From Candidatus Rifleibacteriota bacterium (GTDB lineage Bacteria; Muiribacteriota; Ozemobacteria; Ozemobacterales; Ozemobacteraceae): a DNA stretch of 64,000 bases. Location of the stretch: NCBI GenBank assembly GCA_051747585.1, contig JBNJGH010000002.1, forward strand, positions 1,684-65,683, read 5' to 3'. Positions 1 through 9,297 of this stretch are shown in pieces (position 1 is the stretch's first letter; every line of letters begins with the position of its first letter). Below the pieces are notes generated by a model, which saw only the letters and a list, made by a program, of their open reading frames with translations, had not been told where the DNA came from and made no database searches. The translations under genes were made by a program, and so were the position numbers.

Positions 1-616
1 TGCTCTGGCATAGAAAAGAACTTAAATCTATAAAGCTGCTTAAAATATATTTAAGACGCTCAATTCTTTTATGCTCCCGAATTGTATCGGTTTCAGTCTG
101 ATTTTGGGAAGTAACTCTTTTTTTAACCAGCTGAATAAGAGTACCTGTCGGAGGAAACGAGCAAATTTCAGCTCCATCCATAAGACGTTCCATGAGCATA
201 ATACCCCAACCTCGTTTACGTGAGGATTTTAATTTTTTCTTAATGTCAGGTTTTTCAACATTGTTTGGATCAAAGCCTTTGCCATAATCTCTAATCTGAA
301 TTTTAAGCAGCTCTTCTTCATAGGTTAAGGCAACATGAATATCTTTGGACTCCCCGTCGGGAATATCTTTGGCAGCATGTTCCTTGGCATTGATAAGACC
401 TTCGATAAAAGCTAGTCTCATCTCATCAATCGACTCAGTCATGAACCCGCATTTCTTTGCAAAAATATCAAGATATTCACAAGCTTCAAGCTCGGAATCC
501 TTTTTGTTAGCAAGTTTGAAAAAAAGGTGAGAAACCATTGATGGCAAAGGAAGCCTCCTTAAGAAACCTCTACATAATGAGGAATTTTGCTGACAAAGCA
601 ATTCCATTCTATTCAT
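1..616 (-). CDS. Partial (C-terminus runs off the window) GHKL/HATPase_c anti-sigma regulatory factor serine-kinase-like protein (RsbW/SpoIIAB family) with a C-terminal extension. It is absent from the ORF track because it has no stop codon in the window.
   Basis: Manual minus-strand translation from ATG at 616 (alternatives 607 or 538) gives MNRMELLCQQ...MVSHLFFKLANKKDSELEACEYLDIFAKKCGFMTESIDEMRLAFIEGLINAKEHAAKDIPDGESKDIHVALTYEEELLKIQIRDYGKGFDPNNVEKPD...KRGWGIMLMERLMDGAEICSFPPTGTLIQLVKK, then TSQNQTETDTIREHKRIERLKYILSSF with no stop before position 1. The N-box (NAxEHA), the IRDxGxGF G1 box and the GWGIxLMER G2 box match SpoIIAB/RsbW kinases. There is an AGGAGG 15 nt upstream of the ATG at 538. 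Confidence 0.55.
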   Translation of the reverse strand, partial: MNRMELLCQQNSSLCRGFLRRLPLPSMVSHLFFKLANKKDSELEACEYLDIFAKKCGFMTESIDEMRLAFIEGLINAKEHAAKDIPDGESKDIHVALTYEEELLKIQIRDYGKGFDPNNVEKPDIKKKLKSSRKRGWGIMLMERLMDGAEICSFPPTGTLIQLVKKRVTSQNQTETDTIREHKRIERLKYILSSFIDLSSFLCQS

Positions 617-719
617 ACAATCTCTCTCTGTCAAGAATGTCTTTTTTATTTTAGGTTATAAATTTCTATAAAAGGGTCGATAATATCGAGAAATTGCTGC
701 AACACTGGAGGACAGGAAA

Positions 720-2573
720 ATGGATGAGGTTCCGATAGCGACAACAAATCCGGTAAATAAGCTAATTAAACCCGAGAAACCAACTCCGAAACCCCAAAAA
801 AGGAATCAAATAGTAGAATCCTTAAAGAATCTTGTTTATATGGCTCCATTGGGCTTTATAGCCGTATTGCAGCTCTATTATCTTGGACAAAGCTGCGGCA
901 GGTTCACTACTTTTCCCTATACCAGTTTCACCTCATTTATTATTTTAGCAACCTTAGGCGTTATTCTTTTCTTTATTCAGATGTTGCAACGTTCTATTGT
1001 TTACTCTGTATTAAGTGGGCTGGCTCTTGTTTCCGGGATTTTTACCGCCTGGTTCGGCGATTTTTTTGCCCCGGTTTCTGCCAACTTCCAGAATATAGAC
1101 GAAATAATAAAGGCAGCCTGGATGCGAAAAGATATTCCCTATCATTTGCTGATATCAGGTATTATGACCTTTATTCTGGCCGGAATAGCCGGAATTCAAT
1201 TTTTACTCAGTCTTTTTATAAAATCATTTTTTGAAACTTTTTTCGGCAAAACCTGGGGCGATGGAAAATGGCTGGGTTTTGCCGGAGCAATAGGTTTACT
1301 TGCAGGAGTTCACCTGAGCTTTTATTTTTATTCGGACTATAGCTCAAACTACGAAGACCGTCTAATCTGGGAATTCCGCCAAAAATACAAGCCGGCAGAA
1401 AAATTCTTAACCGACACACCAGGCTCGATAATGTTCAACAATGAAAATGTATGGACTTCTCATAACGGTTATATAAGAAGAATTACAGCAGACAAAGGTA
1501 GAGTTTCAACCGAAAAACCTTTTAAATCAGTTGCAATAAGACCCGGATTTCAATTCAGCACGAATCCCGTATTTTTTAATGAAGAAGGAATTCATTGTTA
1601 TAACGAAAGCATGAACATAAAACTATGGGCTAATTCTTACCCGGCCTCTTTCACAACTTTGAAAACTGATACTAAGCCTGAGAAGTCTGATTATTACCCT
1701 CAAACCTCTTATATGTTAAATTCTTCAAATCAACTGCTCGTTTATTATAAATATGGCTTTTTAGCTCTTTATGACATGAAAAATGGCAGACAATTATGGC
1801 TAAGACAAATCGACCAGCCCTACAAAACAGGGAACATTTTCGACAAAAATTCCCCTTCGAAAGAATTTATTTACGATAGCGAAAAAATTCTAATAGTTAG
1901 TTGCTTTAACGCAATAGTAAAAGCTGTAGACAAACAAACCGGTAAAACTATCTGGGAATACAGTCATCCAAATTTAAAATTCAATGGGAAACCACAAAAA
2001 GGATATTTAACCGCAACAGCAAAGAGACTCCTGGTAGCTTATAAAAGCGGAGAACTTGTAACATTGTCGTTAAAAAATGGAAAAGTTATTTATCGGGGAA
2101 AAAATGAATCTTTTTGTCCAATTACAGCTCCATCATTTGATGGTTTGAAAGCAAATATATTAAGTGAACAGGGATTTTTCTTCGAAGTTGAAGTAGACGG
2201 TGGAAAGATTCTCAATAAATTTAATCTCTTATCAAAGAAGCTTGATTTTATGCCGGTTGTAAGCAACATGAAAAAAGGAATCGTGGCTCACAAGAACCAG
2301 ATTTTCAAAGTGGATGACAATCAGGCGAAATTGGTCGCAAAAATTCAAAACAGAATTTTTATAACCAGACCGGTTTTTGACGAAAAGCTAATGTATATCG
2401 GCACCCAGGATGGCTGGGTCTACTGTATACACCATGGGAGCTTCGATGAAAAATTTCATATCCATGTAAACGGGGAGCTGGATCAAAACTCTTTGCAAAT
2501 AGCAGGTAACCGTTTGTTGGTAAAAACAAAATCAGGATCAATTGTTTCACTTAACAGAATGTTCAGCTATTAA
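720..2573 (+). CDS. Polytopic membrane protein with a C-terminal PQQ-like beta-propeller repeat domain (BamB/YVTN-like).
   Basis: The N-terminal ~200 aa contain several hydrophobic helices. The C-terminal half has repeated W/Y-containing beta-strand motifs (QLWLRQID, KTIWEYSHPN, GWVYCIHHG) typical of PQQ/BamB-like propellers. Confidence 0.45.
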   Translation: MDEVPIATTNPVNKLIKPEKPTPKPQKRNQIVESLKNLVYMAPLGFIAVLQLYYLGQSCGRFTTFPYTSFTSFIILATLGVILFFIQMLQRSIVYSVLSGLALVSGIFTAWFGDFFAPVSANFQNIDEIIKAAWMRKDIPYHLLISGIMTFILAGIAGIQFLLSLFIKSFFETFFGKTWGDGKWLGFAGAIGLLAGVHLSFYFYSDYSSNYEDRLIWEFRQKYKPAEKFLTDTPGSIMFNNENVWTSHNGYIRRITADKGRVSTEKPFKSVAIRPGFQFSTNPVFFNEEGIHCYNESMNIKLWANSYPASFTTLKTDTKPEKSDYYPQTSYMLNSSNQLLVYYKYGFLALYDMKNGRQLWLRQIDQPYKTGNIFDKNSPSKEFIYDSEKILIVSCFNAIVKAVDKQTGKTIWEYSHPNLKFNGKPQKGYLTATAKRLLVAYKSGELVTLSLKNGKVIYRGKNESFCPITAPSFDGLKANILSEQGFFFEVEVDGGKILNKFNLLSKKLDFMPVVSNMKKGIVAHKNQIFKVDDNQAKLVAKIQNRIFITRPVFDEKLMYIGTQDGWVYCIHHGSFDEKFHIHVNGELDQNSLQIAGNRLLVKTKSGSIVSLNRMFSY

Positions 2574-3574
2574 TCCTTTTTATCTGATTTTTTGTTTAAT
2601 TTTTTAAGCTGACGTTCACAATAAGCTACACGTTCCTGGGCCAATTTTTTCATTACCGGTTCAGGGGAAAATTCCAGAAATTTTTTATAATTCAAGATTG
2701 CATCTTCAAATTTACCGGAAAAACCATAAACCGAAGCAAGATTATAATAAGGATCTGGAAATTGAGGCTCAAAAAGAATCGCTTTTTTGTAATACTCAAT
2801 AGCTTTTTTGTTTTTATTTAACTGATAATAAGCAATACCAAGGTTATTGGTAATTTTACCTGACTTTGGTGATACTTTTAAAGCGTTTTTCCAAGCATCA
2901 AGTGCCTGCTGAATTCTTCCCATTTTAAACTGGCAGTTGCCTATATTATTTAAAATTTCAGCATTTTGCGGAGCTTTTTTTAATGCTTGATTATTTTTTT
3001 TCAGAGCCAGAGAAAAACGTCGCTTTTCATAAAGACGAATAGCTTCATTATAAAGTTCTTCTGCAGTAGCTGATATTTCAACAACTTCAGCCGGTTCTTT
3101 TTCGGGTTTCTTTTCAACCTTTTTGCCAGGTTTTATATCTTTTTTTGCGGGCTTGGCTACCTTTTTCTTTTTGGTTTTTTTATCCTTTTTGGGTGCAGGC
3201 TTTTCCTTTTTTACTACTTTCTCTTTTTTCTTTTCTTCTTTTTTTTCTTTGGGCTTTTCTACTTTTTTGGGCTCTTCTTCTTCAGGCAAATCGCCGCCAA
3301 TACGCTCTACCAGAGTTTTATATATCCAACCCTGCGTGCCATCTTTAAATTTTACTTTAACCCAGAAATTCTCTTCGAACAAGATTTCATAACGATCACC
3401 TCTTAGTTTTTTACCTACAATTGGTGCAGCAAATTTTGAATCTTTTCGAATGTTTATATAGCTGCCTTTAACAACTCCGGTTTTGGCAATAGCTGAAAGA
3501 GGATTAAACAAAGCAATAACAAGTGCAATAAACAGTGCAAACCTTTTAATCATGAATTCCTCCAATGTTTTCAA
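2570..3574 (-). CDS. Secreted protein with an N-terminal bacterial SH3 (SH3b) domain, a K/E-rich low-complexity linker and C-terminal TPR repeats.
   Basis: It has a signal peptide (MIKRFALFIALVIALFNPLSAIA) and an SH3b-like segment (GVVKGSYINIRKDSKFAAPIVGKKLRGDRYEIL...GWIYKTLV). A ~70-aa KEKK-rich tract is followed by TPR-like repeats (AIRLYEKRRFSLALKKNNQALK..., NLGIAYYQLNKNKKAIEYYKKAI...). Confidence 0.6.
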   Translation of the reverse strand: MKTLEEFMIKRFALFIALVIALFNPLSAIAKTGVVKGSYINIRKDSKFAAPIVGKKLRGDRYEILFEENFWVKVKFKDGTQGWIYKTLVERIGGDLPEEEEPKKVEKPKEKKEEKKKEKVVKKEKPAPKKDKKTKKKKVAKPAKKDIKPGKKVEKKPEKEPAEVVEISATAEELYNEAIRLYEKRRFSLALKKNNQALKKAPQNAEILNNIGNCQFKMGRIQQALDAWKNALKVSPKSGKITNNLGIAYYQLNKNKKAIEYYKKAILFEPQFPDPYYNLASVYGFSGKFEDAILNYKKFLEFSPEPVMKKLAQERVAYCERQLKKLNKKSDKKD

Positions 3575-3658
3575 AGCAGCTTAAATATTACCAATCAACC
3601 CCGAAGCTGTCAACGCCGGGGCCTGTTGTGCGGTATATTCCAGTTCTATAACGAACTG

Positions 3659-4432
3659 CTAATCTTCTTTGACATCAACATTTAAAGTAATTTTACAAGG
3701 GCCTGAGATAGTAGCAATTAGTTCATCGCCCGGTTCTATCGGGCCGACTCCTTCGGGAGTACCGGTAAGAATCAGATCACCGGGTTCAAGAGTCATACAG
3801 GCAGAAATATCTGCAATTAAACATTCAAATTTAAAAATCATTGCCTCGAGAGAAGATTTTTGCACTGTTTTGCCATTCAATTGGACTTCGATTTCAGAAT
3901 TCTGCCACTGCGGGGTAAATGGGGCCGCAATTGATGCCAATGGCAAAAAAGTATCGAAACCTTTTGCTCTGGTCCATTGCCCATCAGATTTTTGCAACTC
4001 TCTTGCAGTTATGTCAAAAGCAACACTCACCGCACCCACATAATTCAATGCATCAGCTTCGCTGACTTTAGAACATTTTTTCGATATGATGAGAGCAAGT
4101 TCGCCTTCATAATCAATTCGACCGGCATCTTTCGGTAATATTACCGACTGATCAGTGCCAATGATTGAAGAAGGTGGTTTTGAGAACCATAAGGGTCTTT
4201 CGGGAACTTCGTTATTAAGCTCTGCAGCATGTTTACGATAATTTCTTCCAACACAGAGAATTTTAGTCCCCGAAAATACAGGTAAAAATTCATTGGAATC
4301 CTGCTTATCAAAGGTTGCAAAACAACCACTCCTCTTGTTCAGCTTATCATTGAAGCTTTTTGAGCCTGTATTAACCCATTCATTATTAGCTGGATCGAGA
4401 TATTGCCAACCCTTCGCAGTTAAACTAAACAT
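3659..4432 (-). CDS. Fumarylacetoacetate hydrolase (FAH) family protein (2-keto-4-pentenoate hydratase / HpcE-like).
   Basis: FAH-fold motifs: ILCVGRNYRKHAAELNNEVPERPLWFSKPPSSIIGTDQSVILP, IDYEGELALIISKKC and GDLILTGTPEGVG. Confidence 0.8.
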   Translation of the reverse strand: MFSLTAKGWQYLDPANNEWVNTGSKSFNDKLNKRSGCFATFDKQDSNEFLPVFSGTKILCVGRNYRKHAAELNNEVPERPLWFSKPPSSIIGTDQSVILPKDAGRIDYEGELALIISKKCSKVSEADALNYVGAVSVAFDITARELQKSDGQWTRAKGFDTFLPLASIAAPFTPQWQNSEIEVQLNGKTVQKSSLEAMIFKFECLIADISACMTLEPGDLILTGTPEGVGPIEPGDELIATISGPCKITLNVDVKED

Positions 4433-4465
4433 ATTTTTTTCTCCTGATTATTCAATGTAAAAAAA

Positions 4466-4534
4466 CTGCTGCACAGGTAATTTTACTAATATTTTGCTTA
4501 TCTGATTGTAACAGATAATCAACCTGTGCAGCAG
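4466..4534. repeat. Nested palindrome: 13-bp perfect inverted repeat (ctgctgcacaggt / acctgtgcagcag) enclosing a smaller hairpin (ttatctg...cagataa).
   Basis: Read directly from the sequence. It lies between the FAH gene start and MITE copy 1. Confidence 0.7.
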
Positions 4535-4556
4535 TCGCTTTACAGTATTTATTCAT

Positions 4557-4756
4557 TTGCTAGTTGAAACCATTTCAAGGCATTTAGATTTTTTGTTATG
4601 TACTAAATTTTATCATAGCAAAGATTGCTTCTTCGCTACGCTCATCGCAATGACAATTTTGGGGCTGTCCATTATATATTGGTCATTAAGCCGAGCTGGT
4701 GCTGAGCGAAGTCGAAGTAAAGCAATCTAAATGCCTTGAAACTTGCTAATAGCAAT
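4557..4756. mobile_element. MITE-like palindromic element, copy 1 (~200 bp). It has ~30-bp terminal inverted repeats, an internal gattgcttcg...cgaagcaatc inverted repeat, and a core palindrome tcgcaatgacaa-N8-ttgtcattgcga-like.
   Basis: The left end is TTGCTAGTTGAAACCATTTCAAGGCATTTAGATT and the reverse complement of the right end is TTGCTATTAGCAAGTTTCAAGGCATTTAGATT. The core catcgcaatgacaattttggggctgtccatt is related to cores at 13960, 14755 and 25000. Confidence 0.7.
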
Positions 4757-4815
4757 AAATAGTTAACAACTAGTCCCTTTACTTAAAAGAGCTTTTAAAA
4801 ACTAAATGTTACTGA

Positions 4816-4861
4816 TAATTACAAAAAAATCACCACTTTTTGCGGTGATTTTTTGTAATTA
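4816..4861 (-). terminator. Rho-independent terminator downstream of the aconitase gene (probably bidirectional).
   Basis: Perfect hairpin acaaaaaaatcacc-actttttgc-ggtgattttttgt, with a 13-14-bp stem in which the A/T tracts are embedded. It sits 30 nt after the minus-strand stop at 4891. Confidence 0.65.
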
Positions 4862-4890
4862 ATAATATTATTATTTCTTTGCCCTTTTAA

Positions 4891-6807
4891 TCAGGTTTTG
4901 GCCTGATTTTTGGTAAATGGCAATTTACCGCCGGCTTTAATAATATTTTTATCCTGTTCGCTGAGTGAATGCTCTACATAAAAGCTAAAGCCTTTGGTAA
5001 GGTTTTCTACTTCAATTTGTTCATCGAAAGATTCTACTTTGATATTCAATTCATCATTAAGGTCGATTTTGGCATAATCTGATGGATCTTTAAAAGTTAT
5101 TGGAAGAATACCAAAGTTAACCAGATTAGCCAGATGGATTCTGGCAAAGCTTTTAGACAAAACAGCCTGAACACCAAGATACATGGGGCAAAGAGCAGCA
5201 TGTTCCCTTGAGCTTCCCTGACCATAGTTTTCCCCACCGACAATTACGCCTTTTTTGTTTTCAACAGCACGATTGTAAAATTCAGGGTCTACGCCTTCGA
5301 ATACATGTTTTGCATACTCCGGGACATTCGACCTTAAGGGCAAATATTTTCCGGCGGGCATAATGTGGTCAGTCGTAATGTTATCCTCTACCTTGATAAG
5401 AGTTTTGGCAACTATTTCATCTTCCAAGGGATCTTTTATGGGTAATGCTGCAATATTTGGTCCTCTAACGATTTCAATTTTTTCAGAATTTTCGGGAGGA
5501 AAAATAAACATTGAATCATCAAGGGTAAAAGAATCGGGCATTTTTGCTTCAGGATAATCACCCCATTTTCTCGGATCGGTGAATTTTCCTTCAACGGCAG
5601 CGACAGCGGCAACTTCGGGGCTTACCAGATAAATTTTTGCCGAAGCTGTTCCAGAGCGTTTTTCGAAGTTACGGTTAGAGGTTCTTAGTGCTACCGCATC
5701 AGTTTTGGGGGCAAAGCCCATGCCAATACAGGGTCCACAAGCGCTTTCCAGAATTCTTGCCCCGGAAGCAACCAGATCGGCCAACGTTCCTTCATCGGCA
5801 AGCATTCGCAGAACCTGCCTGGAACCAGGAGCGATACCCAGAGACAATCTGGGATTAACTGTCTTTCCTTTAAGAATTTTTGCTGCACGAGTCAGATCCG
5901 TATAGCTTGAATTGGTGCAACTGCCTATCATTACCTGATCTACCATTATATCTTCTAATTCAGAAACAGGCTTAACAATGTCCGGCATGTGGGGACAGGC
6001 TGCGAGAGGTTCAATTTCGCTCAGGTCAATCTCAAGAACTCTTTCATACTGGGCATCCGGGTCGGCTTTTAATTCAATCCAGTCTTTCTCTCTTCCCTGG
6101 GCTATAAGAAACCTGCGAGTCTCTTCATCGCTCGGAAAAACAGAAGTAGTGGCACCAAGCTCTGCACCCATATTAGTTATAGTGGCACGTTCCGGAACAG
6201 TTAAAGTCTCTACACCTGGTCCGGCATATTCATATACCGAGCCAACGCCGCCCTTGACGGTTTCTCTTCTTAAAATTTCAAGAATTACGTCTTTGGCAGC
6301 AACCCATGGTTTAAGTTTGCCCCTGAGCTCAACTTTTACTACCGCAGGCATCTTCAGATTGAATGATTCGCCCGCCATCGCCATTGCAACATCAAGGCCG
6401 CCTGCACCAATTGCCAGCATACCGATCCCGCCGCCGGTGGGTGTGTGGCTGTCTGATCCGAGGAGGGTTTTTCCGGGTTTTCCGAATCTTTCAAGATGAA
6501 CCTGATGACAGATTCCATTTCCCGGGCGCGAAAATACTATTCCGTATTTTTCGGCTATAGTTTGAAGAAAAACATGGTCATCTGGATTTTTATAATCCAT
6601 CTGGGTGGTATTATGATCTACATAGCTAACTGACAGTTCGGTTTTTACCTTTGGAACGTCAAGGGCTTCGAACTGAAGATATGCCATTGTTCCGGTTGCA
6701 TCTTGAGTAAGAGTCTGATCGATTTTGATGCTTAAAGGCTCTTTAGCTTTCATCTCACCTGATGCTAGATGAGCTTCAATTATCTTCCGGGTAATATTTT
6801 TAGACAT
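4891..6807 (-). CDS. Aconitase-family hydratase (aconitate hydratase-like, catalytic domains plus C-terminal swivel domain, 638 aa).
   Basis: Catalytic motifs include IDQTLTQDATGT, SYVDHNT, GNGICHQVHLE, GSDSHTPTGGG, and the Fe-S cysteine motifs SCTNSSY and CGPCIGMG. The C-terminal LeuD-like swivel is GGENYGQGSSREHAA. Confidence 0.8.
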   Translation of the reverse strand: MSKNITRKIIEAHLASGEMKAKEPLSIKIDQTLTQDATGTMAYLQFEALDVPKVKTELSVSYVDHNTTQMDYKNPDDHVFLQTIAEKYGIVFSRPGNGICHQVHLERFGKPGKTLLGSDSHTPTGGGIGMLAIGAGGLDVAMAMAGESFNLKMPAVVKVELRGKLKPWVAAKDVILEILRRETVKGGVGSVYEYAGPGVETLTVPERATITNMGAELGATTSVFPSDEETRRFLIAQGREKDWIELKADPDAQYERVLEIDLSEIEPLAACPHMPDIVKPVSELEDIMVDQVMIGSCTNSSYTDLTRAAKILKGKTVNPRLSLGIAPGSRQVLRMLADEGTLADLVASGARILESACGPCIGMGFAPKTDAVALRTSNRNFEKRSGTASAKIYLVSPEVAAVAAVEGKFTDPRKWGDYPEAKMPDSFTLDDSMFIFPPENSEKIEIVRGPNIAALPIKDPLEDEIVAKTLIKVEDNITTDHIMPAGKYLPLRSNVPEYAKHVFEGVDPEFYNRAVENKKGVIVGGENYGQGSSREHAALCPMYLGVQAVLSKSFARIHLANLVNFGILPITFKDPSDYAKIDLNDELNIKVESFDEQIEVENLTKGFSFYVEHSLSEQDKNIIKAGGKLPFTKNQAKT

Positions 6808-6915
6808 TGTCTACTCCTGATTAATCTTTCTGTGCAAAAAAAAAAAAGCCTTCTAATGTTTCCATTAAGAAAGTTTTCTAATGATATAGCTTTTGAGTTA
6901 TTATTTAGTTTGCCC

Positions 6916-7389
6916 TTATTTGCCACCTCCTGATTCTTTTTTTAATTTACCGCTTTCAGAAGCGGTTTTCAAGATAGTTTCCTTACGAAACTCCAAATTC
7001 TTTAGTGGAATATCTACAATAATATCCTCATTGCCGTCAAGTTCAGGGGGTGCCATGGGATCTCTTGATTCCGAGATAATCTTGATTAATTCGATTTTGT
7101 TATGGTCCGGACACGAGCCCGGGTGATCCTGCTCATAGCCGCATTCTGGGCAACGATAGATATCCGGCATATACTTAACATTAGCTTTTTCTTCTTTCAA
7201 AAAAAGGTTTTCGCTGCTTTCATCAAGCATTTCTTCGTTTTCATCGGTTTCTTCTTCAGTCTTTTGTTGTTCTGCTGCCCGCACTGAAAAGCCTGCGGGC
7301 GTCCCTGCGCCCAAAAGGGCGACAAGGGCAGCAGACAAAAATATTTTACCAGATAAAAATCTAAAGAAACCAGGCTGTTTAAACATCAA
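6916..7389 (-). CDS. Secreted hypothetical protein with a Cys-rich zinc-ribbon-like motif and an acidic region.
   Basis: Signal peptide FLSAALVALLGAG, plus a CPECGYEQDHPGSCPDHN motif. It overlaps the upstream ptsN-like gene by 4 nt, suggesting an operon. Confidence 0.4.
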   Translation of the reverse strand: MMFKQPGFFRFLSGKIFLSAALVALLGAGTPAGFSVRAAEQQKTEEETDENEEMLDESSENLFLKEEKANVKYMPDIYRCPECGYEQDHPGSCPDHNKIELIKIISESRDPMAPPELDGNEDIIVDIPLKNLEFRKETILKTASESGKLKKESGGGK

Positions 7390-7838
7390 TCGTAATCCCG
7401 AATATTCTCCATAATTTTTTCAGCGTCTTTTGCTTCCAGTAAAGAACTTCTAAATTCATCACTACGCAAAAGTCTCGAGATTTTGGCCAGTAACTTGAGA
7501 TAAGGACCACCAGAAGAAACCGGAGCAAGAAGAACAAAAATTATATTAACCGGTTGATCATCGATAGATTTAAAATCAATTCCTTTATCTGAACGAAAGA
7601 AAGCTACGGTCAAATCTTTAATAGCACTTGACCGGGCATGAGGCATTGCAATGCCGCCTCCGACGCCGGTAGTTCCCAGCTTCTCTCTTTCAAAGATTGC
7701 ATCTTTAAGAGCATCCGGCTCTTTTATTGAACCAGTCTCTTCAAGTGCTGCAATGAATTTTTCAATGGCCTGTTCTTTGTTTTCTGCTTCAAAATTGAGG
7801 AAAATCTGATTTTCCTTCAGCACATCCACCAATTGCAT
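7386..7838 (-). CDS. ptsN: PTS EIIA type-2 (nitrogen regulatory EIIA-Ntr, PtsN-like).
   Basis: A 150-aa protein with the GTTGVGGGIAMPHARS active-site histidine region characteristic of the fructose/mannitol-type EIIA / PtsN. Confidence 0.7.
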   Translation of the reverse strand: MQLVDVLKENQIFLNFEAENKEQAIEKFIAALEETGSIKEPDALKDAIFEREKLGTTGVGGGIAMPHARSSAIKDLTVAFFRSDKGIDFKSIDDQPVNIIFVLLAPVSSGGPYLKLLAKISRLLRSDEFRSSLLEAKDAEKIMENIRDYD

Positions 7839-7925
7839 GTATCTGCCCTCCGTTGGGTGAGGTTATAGCTTGATTATATGTATGGTTATCGGCTAATGCA
7901 ATCTTTTTTTTGAGAAAAACTTAAT

Positions 7926-9284
7926 TTATTTTACTTTTACCAGCAAAAGATTAACTGTATTATCCCTCACGACACGCAAAATCATTGAGTCAGACTTAAG
8001 TGCCAGACCAAGAGCTTTGGAAAAATCTTCAGGTGTATTAACCTGAGTTCTGTTGACCTGCTGAATAACATCACCAGCTTCAAGCCCGACTTTATCTGCG
8101 GGAGAACCGGTTTCCACCGCAACAACAACACAACCCTCTCTTACCATCAGGGAATGTTTTTCAACCTGTTGCTTATCAATAGCTTTTACTAAAACCCCAA
8201 GAGCATTTTTTCCGGCAGGGTTTTCTTTAAAAACAACTTTACAGTCACCTTCGCGACCTTTGCGAAATATTTTAATATTTGCGGTTTGCCCAACTCTTTG
8301 TTCTTCGAGAGCTTCCTGGAAATCTTCAAGAGACTTAACTAAAGAATCATCGACTGACAAAATAACATCGCCCGGAGATATTCCGGCATTTTGTGCGGGG
8401 CTTTCATCAACGACATCGGTAACAAGAACCCCGTCTTCAGGAACCTCAAAATATTTTGCAAGTTCGGGAGTTAATCTTTGAACCGTCACGCCCAGAAAAG
8501 CTTTTCTGACCTTGCCGTAAGCCATCAGATCGCCGACAATTCTTTTGGCTCGGTTTACCGGAATAGCGAAACCAATTCCCTGTCCGTAGGGTATAATCGC
8601 AGTATTAATACCAATAAGCCTGCCCTTGCTATCGATCAAAGCCCCCCCAGAATTTCCCGGATTAATTGATGCATCGGTTTGAATAAGATTTTTATAAGAG
8701 CGGACATCATCAACAGAAAGATCTCGATTAAGAGCTGAAATAACTCCAGCTGTAACAGTCATTCCAAGTCCAAATGGATTACCTAAGGCGACAACCCACT
8801 CCCCTACTCTTATATTGTCTGAATCACCTATGGGAATATGGGGCAAAGATTTTTCGCTATCGATCTTTAAAACAGCAAGATCGGTTCTACTGTCTTTTCC
8901 TATGAGGTCAGCTTTTACTTTGGTACCGTCGTTAAGTTTTACCTGAACTTCATCGGCTCCGGCGATTACATGCTCATTAGTCAACAAGTGCCCCTCAGGG
9001 CTGATAATTACCCCTGAGCCGTTACCTTTTCTCGGGATAACATTATTAAAACCCATGAATTCTTCATCAAAAAGATGACCGAAAAATCGATCTAGAAAAG
9101 GGTCTCCTGAACCCAACCTTCTACGGGTTCTAAGATAATGAACTGATTCAATAGAAACAACCGCCGGGCTTACCTTTTCGACAATATCGGCAATTAAATT
9201 TGTACCAAACAATTGCTGTGGTGCTGAATAACCGGCCGTGGCAAAAACAACTATTAAAAGCAGGGCAGCAACAGTCTGTTTCAT
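7926..9284 (-). CDS. htrA: HtrA/DegP-family periplasmic serine protease with two PDZ domains. The start is revised to the internal Met MKQTVAALLL, which gives a signal peptide and an RBS.
   Basis: Trypsin-like catalytic motifs (LLTNEHVIAG, DLAVLKI, GNSGGALID) are followed by two PDZ-like segments. There is a GGAGG 7 nt upstream of the ATG at 9284, and the N-terminal signal peptide ends AGYSAPQQ. Confidence 0.85.
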   Translation of the reverse strand: MKQTVAALLLIVVFATAGYSAPQQLFGTNLIADIVEKVSPAVVSIESVHYLRTRRRLGSGDPFLDRFFGHLFDEEFMGFNNVIPRKGNGSGVIISPEGHLLTNEHVIAGADEVQVKLNDGTKVKADLIGKDSRTDLAVLKIDSEKSLPHIPIGDSDNIRVGEWVVALGNPFGLGMTVTAGVISALNRDLSVDDVRSYKNLIQTDASINPGNSGGALIDSKGRLIGINTAIIPYGQGIGFAIPVNRAKRIVGDLMAYGKVRKAFLGVTVQRLTPELAKYFEVPEDGVLVTDVVDESPAQNAGISPGDVILSVDDSLVKSLEDFQEALEEQRVGQTANIKIFRKGREGDCKVVFKENPAGKNALGVLVKAIDKQQVEKHSLMVREGCVVVAVETGSPADKVGLEAGDVIQQVNRTQVNTPEDFSKALGLALKSDSMILRVVRDNTVNLLLVKVK

Positions 9285-9297
9285 TTTTTTCCTCCTG

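Noticed and set aside
345-530. 61-aa plus-strand ORF from the track
   Set aside because: It lies entirely antisense within the longer, motif-bearing minus-strand GHKL anti-sigma-kinase-like gene (1..616) and has no RBS or motif.
3123-3392. Two Phe/Leu-rich plus-strand ORFs (89 and 67 aa)
   Set aside because: They are antisense to the K/E-rich linker region of the SH3b-TPR gene; translation of a poly-purine/pyrimidine tract in the wrong frame gives FFFLSF low-complexity artefacts.
6836-6850. A12 homopolymer upstream of the aconitase start
   Set aside because: It is intergenic and not within a coding frame. In a ~40% GC genome a single A12 tract is not enough evidence for phase variation.
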